Part shown: in pieces, positions 13,440 to 25,677 of the stretch
Layout of the letters: each line of letters begins with the position of its first letter
Numbering within the stretch: the first letter of the stretch is position 1
Assembly: GCA_030390025.1 (NCBI GenBank)
Contig: JASTWF010000595.1
Coordinates: forward strand, 124,001 to 188,000
Source of the DNA: Squalus acanthias
Lineage: Eukaryota
DNA: 64,000 bases
Direction: 5' to 3'
The notes under the pieces: generated by a model
Told to the model about the DNA's origin: nothing
The model's input: the letters and a program-made list of their open reading frames with translations, nothing else
The model's database searches: none
Made by a program: the position numbers and the translations under genes

Positions 13440-13780
13440 ACTGAGAGCTGACATATCAGAGGTGCATAAGACAGTAAAAGGTGTAGAAAAGGGACAACAG
13501 GGACTCTCGTTCAAACATCAAGACATGAGGGAATTGGCTGAAATTAGTGAACGGTAAATTTAGAGGTGATGTCAGGAAATTCTTCTGCGCACGCCGAGTG
13601 ATCGATGCATCAAATGGGATTCTGGGTGGGGAATGAGAGGCAAAAACCCTGGAATCATTGGCTGACGTGATGGGGGACTGTAGGCTTTTTCAAGATGGAT
13701 GAGCTACCATTGAACCACGGCTGACACCGCGACACTAAGATGGGCAAATGGTCTTCCTCAGCGATATCTATCCTATGATA
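13440..13780 (+). mobile_element. Old CR1 3' fragment
   Basis: Degenerate LRADL.EV.K and R.FF..RV remnants followed by a CR1-like 3' UTR. Confidence 0.55.
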
Positions 13781-14384
13781 ATTCTTAGGAAGAAAATAAC
13801 TGTCCCTGAGAGGGTACAGAGGCAATCAAAATAATTCCAAATAGCAGGAATTTAACGTGTGAGGAAAAGTTAACGGGGTCGGGCTCCCACTCCAGTTTAG
13901 AAAAGAGAGGCGTTTTGGGTTGGCCTAATTGAAGTTATCAAAATGATTAACTATATAACTGTCCCCCAGCATGAGTCAGCACTTTTAGAAGAGAAGGGAA
14001 AGTATTTTTTTCAAGTAATAAGAGAAAAAAAAAGAGAAGCATTCAGCGTGCCTGTATTGTTAGTGCTGCGCGCACACCACAATGCATTCTACGGGGGTTA
14101 AATTGGATATCCCCCGAGAATGGGCGCAGGGATCGCGATGTGCGATTAGCCCCCTGCCTGTTGATTGCAATGCAGGCAGGACATAAAATTCATGCTGCCT
14201 GCTCATTTCCATGATTGCTGCATGTAGCCAGCACGCCCCACGCTGTTCAGTGGCTGCACACATCAGCAGGGAGCCCTCTATTGCGAGTGCCTAGCGCTAC
14301 TTACAGGCAGCCTGCGCCTGGTGCATCGTGGCTGCTGGAGGTGTTAAGAGTATTTTTCAAAAGTGTGCTGTGGAAAATTCAGCA

Positions 14385-16380
14385 ATGGCTGACCATGGTC
14401 GAGAGCGTGCATCAAGGTTTCCAGACGCTGCACTGGACGTCTTGGTGGAAGAGGTGGAATGGAGGAGATATGTATGTATCCTCAGGAGGGCACGAGGCCC
14501 TTCAGACACATGCTCAGAAGGCAGTGGGAAGAGATAGCAGAGGAGGTCAATGCCAGGAGTATAGCTGCAAGAGCCTGGATGCAGTGCAGGAAGAAGTTTC
14601 ATGATCTCACACGAGTTGTTAAGGTCAGTGAGTTTATCTTCAAATATATCCTACCAACTGCACCACTAGCCTCATCCACTGCTCAATTTACTACATCCCC
14701 ACCAACGATCTCTATCAATCAGGACTCAACCCTACCATTCATATGCTTTATCTCACCCTCATACAGTTAGCACTGTTGCAAGCCTCACACACACAACTCA
14801 CAGCTCGCACACACTGACAGCTATTCAACCATGACAGCGACATCACCCAAACATATTGCACGACACTCACTGATACATTTCCCTCTTCCTTGCAGGAGAA
14901 GGTGGCACACAACCGGAGGCAGCAGGAAAGAACTGGAGGGGGAGAAACTCGCCTGTATGTTTTCACCCCCACGGAGGATTTAGTGCTGGCCATCATGGGA
15001 AAGGGCATCGCTGAGGCCGTGGCCACCAGGGGGGCTGAAGAGATTGATGATGATTAAGTTATCAACATACCTAATTCCCCTTCTCTCATCCCACTTTTCC
15101 CTCATCCCTAAATCTCTTCTGACTGAGATGCTGCAGATAGTGTAAGCATGCACTTCTTATTTTCTCCTCTCCCCTCACAACCCAACCCTTGTCCCTTTTC
15201 AATTTCAGATACTCAAGAACTGCAACCTTCCCAGGCAGTTGAAGACGAACAAGAAGAAAGTGAAGATGAAGAGACACCATCACTCGATCTTACAGTCACA
15301 GCTGCCAGCTCAGATACTGGCACTGCGAGTATTTTACAGGATAGAATAGAGGAGGGGACAAGTGCACTGGAGCCAGGGTGGGGTGGGGGGGGGGGTGGGG
15401 AGAGGTGGGAAAGGATAATGTAGGTGCCAGCTCACCGGAGGGCAAGGTCACACACTAGTTCTGCTGTAGAGGACTCAGATGATGACTTCGATGGGCCAGG
15501 CTACAGAAGAAGGCTGATGGGAGTACACACGCAAATGTTTGGTGCATTGGAAAGCCTGCCGAAAAGCCTGCACTCAATGTCAAGAAGCATGGAAGAGTCC
15601 AGCACCAACTTGGCACAAGGCTTTGCGCAGACCTTTGAGCCCATCCTTTCCAACATGGAATGGGTGGTCACCTCCATCAGCACACCTGTGAAACCCACTA
15701 TGATGCAGCGTCTGATGGCCAATATCTCAGCTTCCATTGCAGCACAAGCAGCTTCCACCAAAAGTCTGCGTGTTGCAGTGGAAGCTCAGACTGCTATCAT
15801 GCAATCTCAGCATGCTATCATGCAATCTCAGCATGCTGCCTTGCAATCTCAGCATGCTGCCTTGCAATCTCAGCATGCTGCCTTGCAATCTCAGCATGCT
15901 GCCTTGCAATCTCAGCTTGCTGCCATACCAGCTCAGATCGCTGCCATCATGGCTCTGGATACCAGTGTTCAAAGGGACTTCCAGGGTGTCACAGCACTCC
16001 TGCAATCTGTTCTCCGACAGATTACTAGGATTGCTGAGGTGCCGTCCATGTGGCTCCATGGAGTACGAACCTGCTGTCCTCTCTCAGGATGACAGCATTC
16101 ATGCTCCCACTCTGCCAATGCCCTTGCTGTTGCCTTTCAGTCAGCCAGCCAGCCCAGACTGCTGCCACCCATGCTAAGATGGTGCAGTCTGAAGCTGGGC
16201 TTTCTAGGCACAGAGCTGCTCAAGGTTGTCCTCCTTGAGGCCATCTGCATTCTTCTCAACTAAAGGTCAGCAGCCTTCCACTAGCCATGCTGCAGCAACT
16301 GGGGAAACACCTCCTAGGAGCATTAGAAGAGGCAAAGACACACGGAAGAGGCACTAAGGGAATGCACAAGGGTAATTATT
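14385..16380 (+). pseudogene. Harbinger B Myb/SANT-like gene, three exons, frameshifted
   Basis: Exon 1 14385-14623 (RFPDAALDVLV...WMQCRKKFHDL; donor GTCAGT); exon 2 from 14896 (TGCAG|EKVAHNRRQQERTGGG); exon 3 from 15209 (TTTCAG|) with coiled coil and basic tail. Confidence 0.85.
15796..15921 (+). repeat. 21-bp tandem repeat x6 encoding heptads (IMQSQHA / ALQSQHA)
   Basis: Two ATCATGCAATCTCAGCATGCT units then four GCCTTGCAATCTCAGC(A/T)TGCT units, in frame in ORF 15424-16092. Confidence 0.95.
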
Positions 16381-16547
16381 TTATTTTTGTATGCATTATA
16401 TCATGATTTAATATATAAATTTGGATTGGAATGTGTATCTTGTGTTGGTTTTTATTTTTGCATTGTAGGAAAGAGGACGATGTGATGGTCAGTGACAGAG
16501 GAAAGGTAAGAAGTTTGGGACAGTTGATGAATGGGGAATTGTAGTTG

Positions 16548-17240
16548 TTACTGGTATCGCTCGTTAATTATTTGATCTCACAGAGCCCAGGCAGAAAGGG
16601 GTTGTCTACGTTATAGCTTCCCTTTTTCTTCCTCCTCCTCCACTTCCTCCCCCTCCTCCATTTCTTCCTCCTCCACTTCCTCCTCAGTTTCGCACCTGAT
16701 AGGTGTTGGCAAGGGCTGTTCCCTCATAATGGCCAGGTTGTGCAGCATACTACCACAAATCTAGATACCCGCTCAGCTGAGTACGGCAGGGCTCCTCCAG
16801 AGCGGTCCAGGCAGCGGAAGCGTAGCTTGAGGACGCCAATGGTGTGCCCTAAACTATTTCTTGTGGCAGCATGGCTCTCACTGTAGGCCTGCTGTGCACA
16901 TGTGCGTGGGTTCCGGACCCGATTCATGAGCCATGCCATGAGTGGATAACCCTTGTCGCCCAGTAGCCACCCTTTGATTTGCCGTGGTGGGTCAAATACA
17001 GCTGGCACAGAGGACTGCCGCAGAATGAAGGAATCGTGACTACTGCTGGATAATGGGTATTGACCGGCATGATGCGCTGCCTGTGGCCACACATCAGCTG
17101 CACATTGAGGGAGTGGAATCCCTTTTGGTTCAGGAAAATGGCAGAGTTGACATAAGGTGTACGCAAAGCAACGTACGTGCAGTCAATGGCACCCTGCACC
17201 ATGGGGAAGCCTGCAATCTGAGCAAACCCTCGTGCTCACT
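16548..17240 (-). pseudogene. Harbinger B HARBI1-type DDE transposase, catalytic core and C-terminus (N-terminus deleted)
   Basis: GAIDCTYV, NQKGFHSLNVQ, SSHDSFIL, WLLGDKGYP, HAATR...IGVLKLRFRCL are diagnostic Harbinger (DDE_Tnp_4) motifs; frameshifts present. Confidence 0.92.
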
Positions 17241-17737
17241 CCACTTGAAAATGGCAGCACTGGCGTCAAATCAGCGTTGCACACTGATTGATGTCATGAT
17301 CTGCCTACTCTGCATGCTGCCGATAGTCATTAGGTGTGGGCGCGCAAACCCCTTTACAGAAGGGTGTCCAGCATTCTTCCCGTCAGAAGTGTGCGAGCGC
17401 ATAGCGGACGCCATTTTTGAACTTTAGGAGGCCTGGTAGTGCCCAAACAATGGGTGTTACAGAGCCCAATTTCCCCCCCTATATATCAGTAGTATTTTTA
17501 GAGTATGGCTATGAGCAGACTTTAATATTTGATGCATGTTCTCCAACATCACTTATTACCCAATAGGCATTTTTTGGAAGCATATTGACTGTGACAATAA
17601 AAACAACTGCACTAAACAGGATTATGAGTGACCAATTATGGTGTTAATAAGACCTGACTTTAGATCCGTTTTAAATTAGCCAACACGATTTGCCTTCCCT
17701 TTCCAGGAGATTGAGAGATTCCTCTGAAAACAAAGGG

Positions 17738-18112
17738 AATTCAAAATGAATTTGCTTTCCAACAAATGCTCTCATCCTCCAAGGACAGTCACACACAGAA
17801 GAAAATGCTCTTGCAATGCAACAAGCAGAATTGCCTGGGGCTCCTCTGACCTATGAGGGCATGCCTTCTGGGTCTCCTCATCCTTAGACTGCTGCTCGTT
17901 TGGTGAGGGGGGATTGCGGCTCTTTCCCCTCTCCTCAAACAAGCAGATAATGTAAGGATCAGGAGATCCAGAGTGCTGCAAGTAGACATGCCCTCGTAGG
18001 TTGGAGGAGCCCCAGGCAGTTCTGATTGTTGAGTTGGATGAGCATTTTCTTCTCTGTGTAACTGCCCTTAGAAGATGAGAGCAGTTGTTAGAAAGCGAAT
18101 ACAGTTTGAATT
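17738..18112. repeat. Imperfect long inverted repeat (~130-bp arms, ~110-bp spacer)
   Basis: 17738-17870 is the diverged reverse complement of 17981-18112 (e.g. TGCCTGGGGCTCCTC / GAGGAGCCCCAGGCA). Confidence 0.85.
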
Positions 18113-18344
18113 TGAGGTGGTGATAGCAAGCTTCATACTGCCCTGCCTTTCTGTTGTTTTACTAAGGATGTGTTCAGTTGTGAGGACTGATGAAATTGCT
18201 TCCCCCAGCTATCAAAATGTTTGAAGAGAGAGATGTGAGGCCATAATACGCTGTGGCAGGGCATCTAACGGTGTCTGCCGTTAGTTAGACTTGCCCTTGC
18301 ACGTTTAAGTTTTTACATTTTTTGCGCGGCAAGTTGCCAACCCA

Positions 18345-18872
18345 TTATCTGAGGGGGTGACACAGTCAGGAAGGAGTGGCCCTCAACATTGACTCCGGAC
18401 TCCAGGAAGTCTCACGGCATCAGGTCAAACATGGGCAAGGAATCCTCCTGCTGATTACCACCTACCGCCCTCCCTCAGCCGATGAATCAGTACTCCTCCA
18501 TGTTGAACACCACTTGGAAGAAGCACTGAGGGTAGCAAGGGCACAGAACGTACTCTGGGTGGGGGACTTCAATGTCCATCACCAAGAGTGGCTCGGTAGT
18601 ACCAGCACTGACCCGAGCTGGCTGAGTCCTGAAGAACATAGCTGCCTGACTGGGCTTGCAGCAAGTGGAGGGAGAACCAACGTGAGGGAAAAACCTACTT
18701 GACCTCGTCCTCACCAATCTACCTGTCGCAGATGCATCTGTCCATGACAGTATTGGTAAGAGTGACCGCCGCACAGTCCTTGTGGAAACCAAGCCCCATC
18801 TTCACACAGAGGATACCCTCCATCGTGCTGTGTGACACTAACACAGTGTTAAATTGGATAGATTCAGAACAG
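18345..18872 (+). mobile_element. LINE ORF2 AP-endonuclease fragment
   Basis: TTYRPPSADE...VGDFNVHH, then (frameshifted) LDLVLTN and degenerate SDH motifs. Confidence 0.85.
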
Positions 18873-18931
18873 GTGAAGAGTTTGAGCCCCACTCCAGAGG
18901 CGTACCAGAAAATGAAATGCCAACCTGGTGC

Positions 18932-20085
18932 AGGCTGGATTGGCAAAGTTTATTGGCTGCGTAGGCTGAATTGTCAGGCTTTATTGTCTATAGGTTGGAT
19001 TGGCAGGGTTTATTGTCTATAGGTTGGATTGGCAGGGTTTATTGTCTATAGGTTGGATTGGCGGGGTTTATTGTCTATAGGTTGGATTGGCGGGGTTTAT
19101 TGTCTATAGGTTGGATTGGCGGGGTTTATTGTCTATAGGTTGGATTGGCGGGGTTTATTGTTTATAGGTTGGATTGGCAGGGTTTATTGTCTATAGGTTG
19201 GATTGGCGGGGTTTATTGTCTATAGGTTGGATTGGCAGGGTTTATTGTCTATAGGTTGGATTGGCGGGGTTTATTGTCTATAGGTTGGATTGGCGGGGTT
19301 TATTGTCTATAGGTTGGATTGGCGGGGTTTATTGTCTATAGGTTGGATTGGCAGGGTTTATTGTCTATAGGTTGGATTGGCGGGGTTTATTGTCTATAGG
19401 TTGGATTGGCGGGGTTTATTGTGGATTGGCAGGGTTTATTGTCTATAGGTTGGATTGGCAGGGTTTATTGTCTATAGGTTGGATTGGCAGGGTTTATTGT
19501 CTATAGGTTGGATTGGCAGGGTTTATTGTCTTTCGGTTGGATTGGCGGGGTTTATTGTCTATAGGTTGGATTGGCAGGGTTTATTGTCTATAGGTTGGAT
19601 TGGCGGGGTTTATTGTCTATAGGTTGGATTGGCGGGGTTTATTGTCTATAGGTTGGATTGGCAGGGTTTATTGTCTATAGGTTGGATTGGCGGGGTTTAT
19701 TGTCTATAGGTTGGATTGGCGGGGTTTATTGTCTATAGGTTGGATTGGCAGGGTTTATTGTCTATAGGTTGGATTGGCAGGGTTTATTGTCTTTCGGTTG
19801 GATTGGCGGGGTTTATTGTCTATAGGTTGGATTGGCAGGGTTTATTGTCTATAGGTTGGATTGGCGGGGTTTATTGTCTATAGGTTGGATTGGCGGGGTT
19901 TATTGTCTATAGGTTGGATTGGCAGGGTTTATTGTCTATAGGTTGGATTGGCGGGGTTTATTGTCTATAGGTTGGATTGGCAGGGTTTATTGTCTATAGG
20001 TTGGATTGGCAGGGTTTATTGTTTATAGGTTGGATTGGCGGGGTTTATTGTCTATAGGTTGGATTGGCAGGGTTTATTGGCTGTG
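18932..20085. repeat. 29-bp minisatellite, about 39 units
   Basis: Unit TAGGTTGGATTGGC(A/G)GGGTTTATTGTCTA, head to tail with no spacers. Confidence 0.97.
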
Positions 20086-21171
20086 TTATCCCACACACTG
20101 TAGTTTTGACATTTCTGCTTTCAGTACAAAATATAAGTTGCCAGTCAGCTTCACAGCAGTGGCACAGTTTCACACCAAACACTTGTCCTCCTTCAGAACG
20201 CAGCTCAGAAATATTGCTTGGCAAACACTTGTTTAACCTTCCAATGGATTTCTTTTTTTAATTGGAAACTGTCCCATTCCGTGGTGTAATTGCTACTTAA
20301 AGGCTTTGCAGAAAGTTACCTACTAATGGCATATTGCATCAGTACCTCCATATATCACATCATGTGAAGGAGTGCCATATTATGCCATTGACAGTGGTAT
20401 GTACAATAAAAGATGTGAAAAGCTCCGGTTTAAAACCCAGCTCAATTTTTCACTCTTTCATTTCAGCTTGAGTTGCTGAACAAGTGCTCAGTGATCTAAG
20501 CATCGTAGAAAATCCATGAACAATCTCAGAAAAACTCTAAAGAACTTTGAATCCATCCAACCAGATGGATGCATAATTACACTTTAAAATTACAATACTT
20601 GGAGGGGACTCTGAAGCACAGTGGATTAAACAGCAACCTTTCACCTCTAGAACCTGGGTCCAAATCCAGGCCAAACTATCTGTTGGCTGTATGGTCCTAG
20701 ATGAAATGAACATGGGCAGTCTGAATCGAGTTTCTAGTGGGCATCAATCCACAGCCCACAAAACTGCCCATAATTGACAATCCCACTCAAAGAGGCAATA
20801 GACCAACTGTGGGAAATGAAAAGATAATGCTGGCGAAGGAATAGTGATCTTATGAGACTTGTGTTTGAAGTGCCACCAGCTTTATCCTTTATTTAACACA
20901 TGTTTCACTTTAAAAATATGCCCTCTAAATAATTGAAACTTTCTAAAACATCTGAAAGGCTTCGAACTCCCTTCAGTTACTGCTGAATTTCTATTTTTGA
21001 ACTTAATGCTGTTCAGTACAATCACATCCATACTTGTTCTCTCAGTCACACTGTGTTTCTCCAACAATCTGTTCTATAATGGATATTTAAAAAAAAAACA
21101 TTGTAGTCCAGACATTGAATAATATGAAGTTGCTCAATAAGTCTTGAATTGATGATCAACTTTTTTTTCCA

Positions 21172-21433
21172 TTTGCCGGCACCCCGCTCCCTGGTGGTCC
21201 AGCAGGGCCCCGGTGTGCGCTGCGCTAGGCCCCTCCCCTTTAATCAACGGAGGGAGGCCTGCTGTGGCACTGCTGCACGTAGCGCCACGATTTTCAATGG
21301 GAGCGCCCCAAGAGGGAGGGGGAGCGCTTCCAGTAGCGCCCCACCTCCTGCTTGGGATGCTACCATTGAATTTTGGGTGTGGGGGTGCTAACTTTTTCGG
21401 GGCTCTAAAAGTGGTGAGCCAATTTCCCCCCCC
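21172..21433 (+). mobile_element. Right half of a Harbinger MITE (family of 26527-27233)
   Basis: Matches 26913-27233 with small deletions; ends CCAATTTCCCCCCCC. Confidence 0.85.
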
Positions 21434-21435
21434 AG

Positions 21436-22004
21436 GTGTTATATCGAACCTTGGTTAGACCACACTTGGAGTACTGTGTACAGTTCTGGTCGCCATATTA
21501 TAAAAAGGATACAGGGGCATTGGAGAGGGTGCTAAAAAGATTTACAAGGATGATACCAGAACTGCAAGGTTATACCTATCGGGAAAGGATGAACTGGCTG
21601 TGTCCCTTTTCTCTTGAAAGAGAAGGATGAGGGGAGAACTTGTAGAGGTCTTTAAAATTATGAATGGTTTTGATAGAGTAGACACAGGGAAGAGCAAAAC
21701 TCGAGGCCATCAATATAAGATAATCACCAAGAAATCAAATAGGGAATTCAGAAGAAACTTCTTTACCCAGAGATGCATGAGAATGTGTAACTTGCTACCG
21801 CAGGGAGTAGTTGAGGCAAATAGTATAGATGCATTTAAGGGGAGGCTAGATAAACATATGAGGGAGAAGGGAATTGAGGGTTATGCTGATAGATTTAAAT
21901 GAGGAAAGATGGGAGGAGGCTCGAGTGGAGCATAAACACCAGCATGGACTGTTTGGGTCGAATGGCCTGTTTCTGTGCTGTATATTCTATGTAATTCTAT
22001 GTAA
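21436..22004 (+). mobile_element. CR1 LINE 3' fragment
   Basis: LYRTLVRPHLEYCVQFWSP and RNFFTQR; 3' UTR ending in ATTCTATGT repeats. Confidence 0.9.
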
Positions 22005-22285
22005 TATGCAAGAAGGGCAATAACATTTTCTAAGTGGCATTGTTGCATCATGATAATCAGACCAAAATCAATCTTACCAAAGACTTTTCAATATGCACAG
22101 TGCCCCTTTAACGACTGTATCATAACTTCAATTTTAGCAAAATAAACCTCAGTCAATAATTGGAAAATTAGACAGTCATCATAAGGGGAGTGAGCCTTTG
22201 ACAGTAGCATTTCCACCTCTGTGTCAGAAGCTGAAGGGTTCGAGCCCCACTCCAGACAGACCCAGTGAGTGTACACTAGAATATA

Positions 22286-23158
22286 GGCCGTGATTTTGCA
22301 GGCGCTCAGAGGGCGGGTTTGTAGGCGGGTCAGAGGTTAAATTCAATTTGATTGATGGCGGGTTCCGATCCTGCCGTCAACCCGCCTCCAAACAGCTTTC
22401 CCAAGTGTCGGGTCCCCGATTTGCGAATGGATCCGACACCTAGTGGCGGGAAGTGGATTAAAGGCCTATTAACAGGTGCTTGCCAGTAGTTTTCAGCCTG
22501 TTTTTGGATTTTGCCGCTTCTGGGTCGGGTTTCACGATGTCCGGACACCACGCCAGGTAAGTGGGGCATGTTGTGAGTCTGCTGTAATGTTTGTGGAATG
22601 ATGATAGCTGCAGAAGTGGTGTGAAGGATCCAATGTTGCACATGGTGAGTTTCAGAGCAAAGACAATGTTGGTTACTGCATTTTTAAAACATTTACAGAT
22701 TTCTTTAGCTTACAAGTTTTTAAATCCAACTATATGTCCAGTGTCACCTCATTGAGAGAACCTCTCTCACCAGTGACAGATCGCTTCTGTCACCTCACCT
22801 GCAGCTGCCATCTATTCCAGCATGTGGAGGGATTCATTGGAGAGCCTGGGTGTAAGAGGTCACCTTTGTGCAGTGATTGTCAATGTTTTCAGCACCTCAC
22901 TGTTGTCAAACATTGAGAAATCAACTGTCAAAATAAAATTGTGCATGGTCCCTTTAAGGAAACCAGCAGATGACGCGTCATCAAATGACATCATCAGACC
23001 CGCTTCCTGTTAATTGGCCGGCAAGTCCGCAGGGCAGGCTTAACAAGATCAATCAAGGTAAAATCACATCTGTGGAGCGGAAGCAGCTGGGGGTGGGACC
23101 AGAACCCGGAAACCAGCTGACACGCACCCAACCCGACACCAATGACAAAATCACGGCC
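22286..23158. mobile_element. Non-autonomous Harbinger-like element E (873 bp)
   Basis: Perfect 13-bp TIR GGCCGTGATTTTG / CAAAATCACGGCC; TSD ATA/ACA; subterminal CGGGT/ACCCG repeats as in element D. Confidence 0.8.
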
Positions 23159-24068
23159 ACAGTCTCTAAATACTGGGTTGACACCCAGTGAGGAACTCGC
23201 ATCCAGTAGGATTGAGCACTGGCTCATTAGTAGCATTTCCGCCTTTGTGTATGAAAGGTTGGGTTCAAGCTCCACTCAGTCAGCCCTGAGGAGCGGAGAC
23301 TGGTGCGCCAGCTCTGAATATGGGGTTGATATCCAGCGGGTGTACTTGTGTCCAATGTGGATGACCACCCACCTATTGCAAAAAAGGGTAGGTGGGGCTT
23401 GACTGCAGGCCACCTAGGAGAAGGCGGCTACTTTTCCCTGGTAAGTGACTGAAGAATTTCATGCGAGACTTGAGTTTGAACCTGCCCTAGGACAGGACAT
23501 AACAGATGGATGGGTACATTGCAAGCACAGATCTCATTTGCAGCTTGCCTACCCTTGATATCTTATAGAATCATAGGGCTAAAAATTCGGAGGATTTACG
23601 CCTCCCGTTACCGTCAAAATGTAGCGGAAAGACAGCCGCCGCCGCTCTTTCGCCAGCTGGTGGCGGGTCCCACAGCATCCGCCATTTTCCGAGGTCCGGC
23701 AGCACTGACGGTAAGAGCGATGGCCCTGCAAAATTAAATTAGGGAGAAGTGGCATCAGTCGGCGTGCCGACTTAATGGCACCTCGGCGAACTTGGACCTT
23801 AGAGCTGAGTTCAGCACTGCGTCCTAAGCTCACCATGGAAACCCAGCATTCAGCAGACTCACAGAGGCATTGTCAACACCTCTTAAAGGGAGACACACAT
23901 CTTTCAGGTAAGTTTGCATTTAAGCTTTTGGGCTGGATTTTTTTTGATTTTATTGAAGTACTGTAGTGGCTTGCTGCAATACATGTTAAAAGTTTTTTTT
24001 TAATTGTGCAGGGAGTGCTGCTGGATGCTTACAAGGCCTCGGATGGTAAAGCAAGGCCCCTGAGAAGA

Positions 24069-24208
24069 CAGAAAATGCTGGAAATACTCAGCAGGTCAGG
24101 CAACATCCGTCGAGAGAGAAACAAAGTTCATGCCTCAGGTCGAGATGCTGCCTGACCTGCTGAGTATTTCCAGCACTTTCTGCTTTTATTTCAGATTTAC
24201 AACATCCG
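24069..24208. mobile_element. Penelope-like end in inverted-repeat configuration, inside Harbinger C
   Basis: Arms ~24069-24107 and 24144-24182 are reverse complements; same family as 1919 and 57486. Confidence 0.7.
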
Positions 24209-25677
24209 CTCGCAGAGGGAAGAGAAAGAAGTAGAAGAGGAAAAAGCAGAAGGAAGGATGCAAACCAGACAGCCCCTTTCCGGCCGGGATATCCGGGATG
24301 AAATCATCCGCCCGCGGTACCACAACCCCAATTCCCCTTTCAACATTTGTCCCACACCTTACCTTCCCTCTGTTACTGACCATCACAACGTCCTCTTGGC
24401 CACTGCTGAAATAAAAGCCACCACAAAGAAAACTTTCCAATCCAACTTTTTATATCTATCCATCCAATATGACATCAAGAAATCATCTCATCACCCCTGT
24501 GCATTCCCTTAGTGACTGTCTTGTGTGTGTCTTTGCCTATCCTACTGATGTCGCGCAGTGCTACCCCAGTGGCTGCAGCATGGCTGGTGGAAGGCTGCTG
24601 ACTTTCAGTGGGAACACTGCAAATGGCCTTGCTAGTCGACCTTGAGGAGCTGGTGGCTGGGAGTGTCGGTGTTTCTTCTTCTTCTTCATTCTCCTGTCCC
24701 TCTTCTTGGTCAACTCTTGGCTGGGCGGGCTGCATTTCTTGGGTGTGTGAAATGAGGAAGGCACAAGGATAGAGTTTTGCTGACAGGAGGGCGGGAAAGC
24801 AAGAGGTGCATGCCAGAAGGAGGATAACGTATGAGGATACCAGCATCTTGTATCCTTTCAGCCCTGCCACTGGCCAAGGGCTCAGCCATGTCCCTGCCAA
24901 GAATGGCCAGCACCGTCTCCTCCAAAGGGGTGAGGTGAAGCTAAGAATGGGAGGTGTGCCTCGTGATTGGTACAGATTGTTGGTAGGTGAGTGATTGTGG
25001 GTGGTGGCGGGGGGGCGGAGTCATGCATTGAGAAGTGTGCAAGGCTAGTGGTGCAGTTGGTAGGAGACGGCTTTTGAAGATGCATTCACTGATCTTGACC
25101 ACTGGTCTGAGGTCATGAAACTTCTTTGGGCATTGGAGCCAGGTGGTGGGGGTGACACTGCTGGCAGTGACAGCCTCGGTGATCTGGTCCCACATCATTC
25201 TTTCTGGAGGGTAGAGGATCTCTCTTGCAGTGTTGACCCCCTGCACAAAGCTGGAGTGCTGCGTGCGAGACGCTGGGTGCCCCTTCCCTGGCTTGCTAAG
25301 CCATTTGTGTTAGTGCTGAAGTACTTTCCAATTTTTTGAGGAGCAGAAGGGAATTCAGCTTTAAGAGTTGAAGACTCCCATTTGGGAATGTTTTTTCAAA
25401 TGTTAATTTTTTTTAAAAGGCAGTAGAGCTGTAAGGGCTGAAAGGGCTGAGGCTGCACTTCTTTACTTCATTTTTATCTTTTATCAGTTCAGAAGGCCCT
25501 TTTAAGCAAACAACAATGCATTGCTCTTTTAATGTCGTACAATGCCGAGTGAACTCGCTTCCAGAGGCTTTTGAAAGATGCAACGCCGCTTCCAGATGCC
25601 ACATTCAGCACTGATACCTGGAGTAACACCACCAGGAGGGCGTTACACGGTGAGTTTAGCGCTAGGCTAAAAATCTT

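Larger units (their letters stand above)
14093..17479 (+). mobile_element. PIF/Harbinger DNA transposon, copy B (same family as A)
   Basis: TIR GGGGGTTAAATTGG / CCAATTTCCCCCCC; TSD TAC/TAT (1 mismatch); colinear with copy A. Confidence 0.9.

Noticed and set aside
16548-17240. Host HARBI1 or NAIF1/MSANTD gene
   Set aside because: It lies inside TIR/TSD-bounded elements, is frameshifted and deleted, and is multi-copy.
18932-20085. CRISPR array (29-bp repeats)
   Set aside because: Units are head to tail with no unique spacers, there are no cas genes, and the context is eukaryotic.
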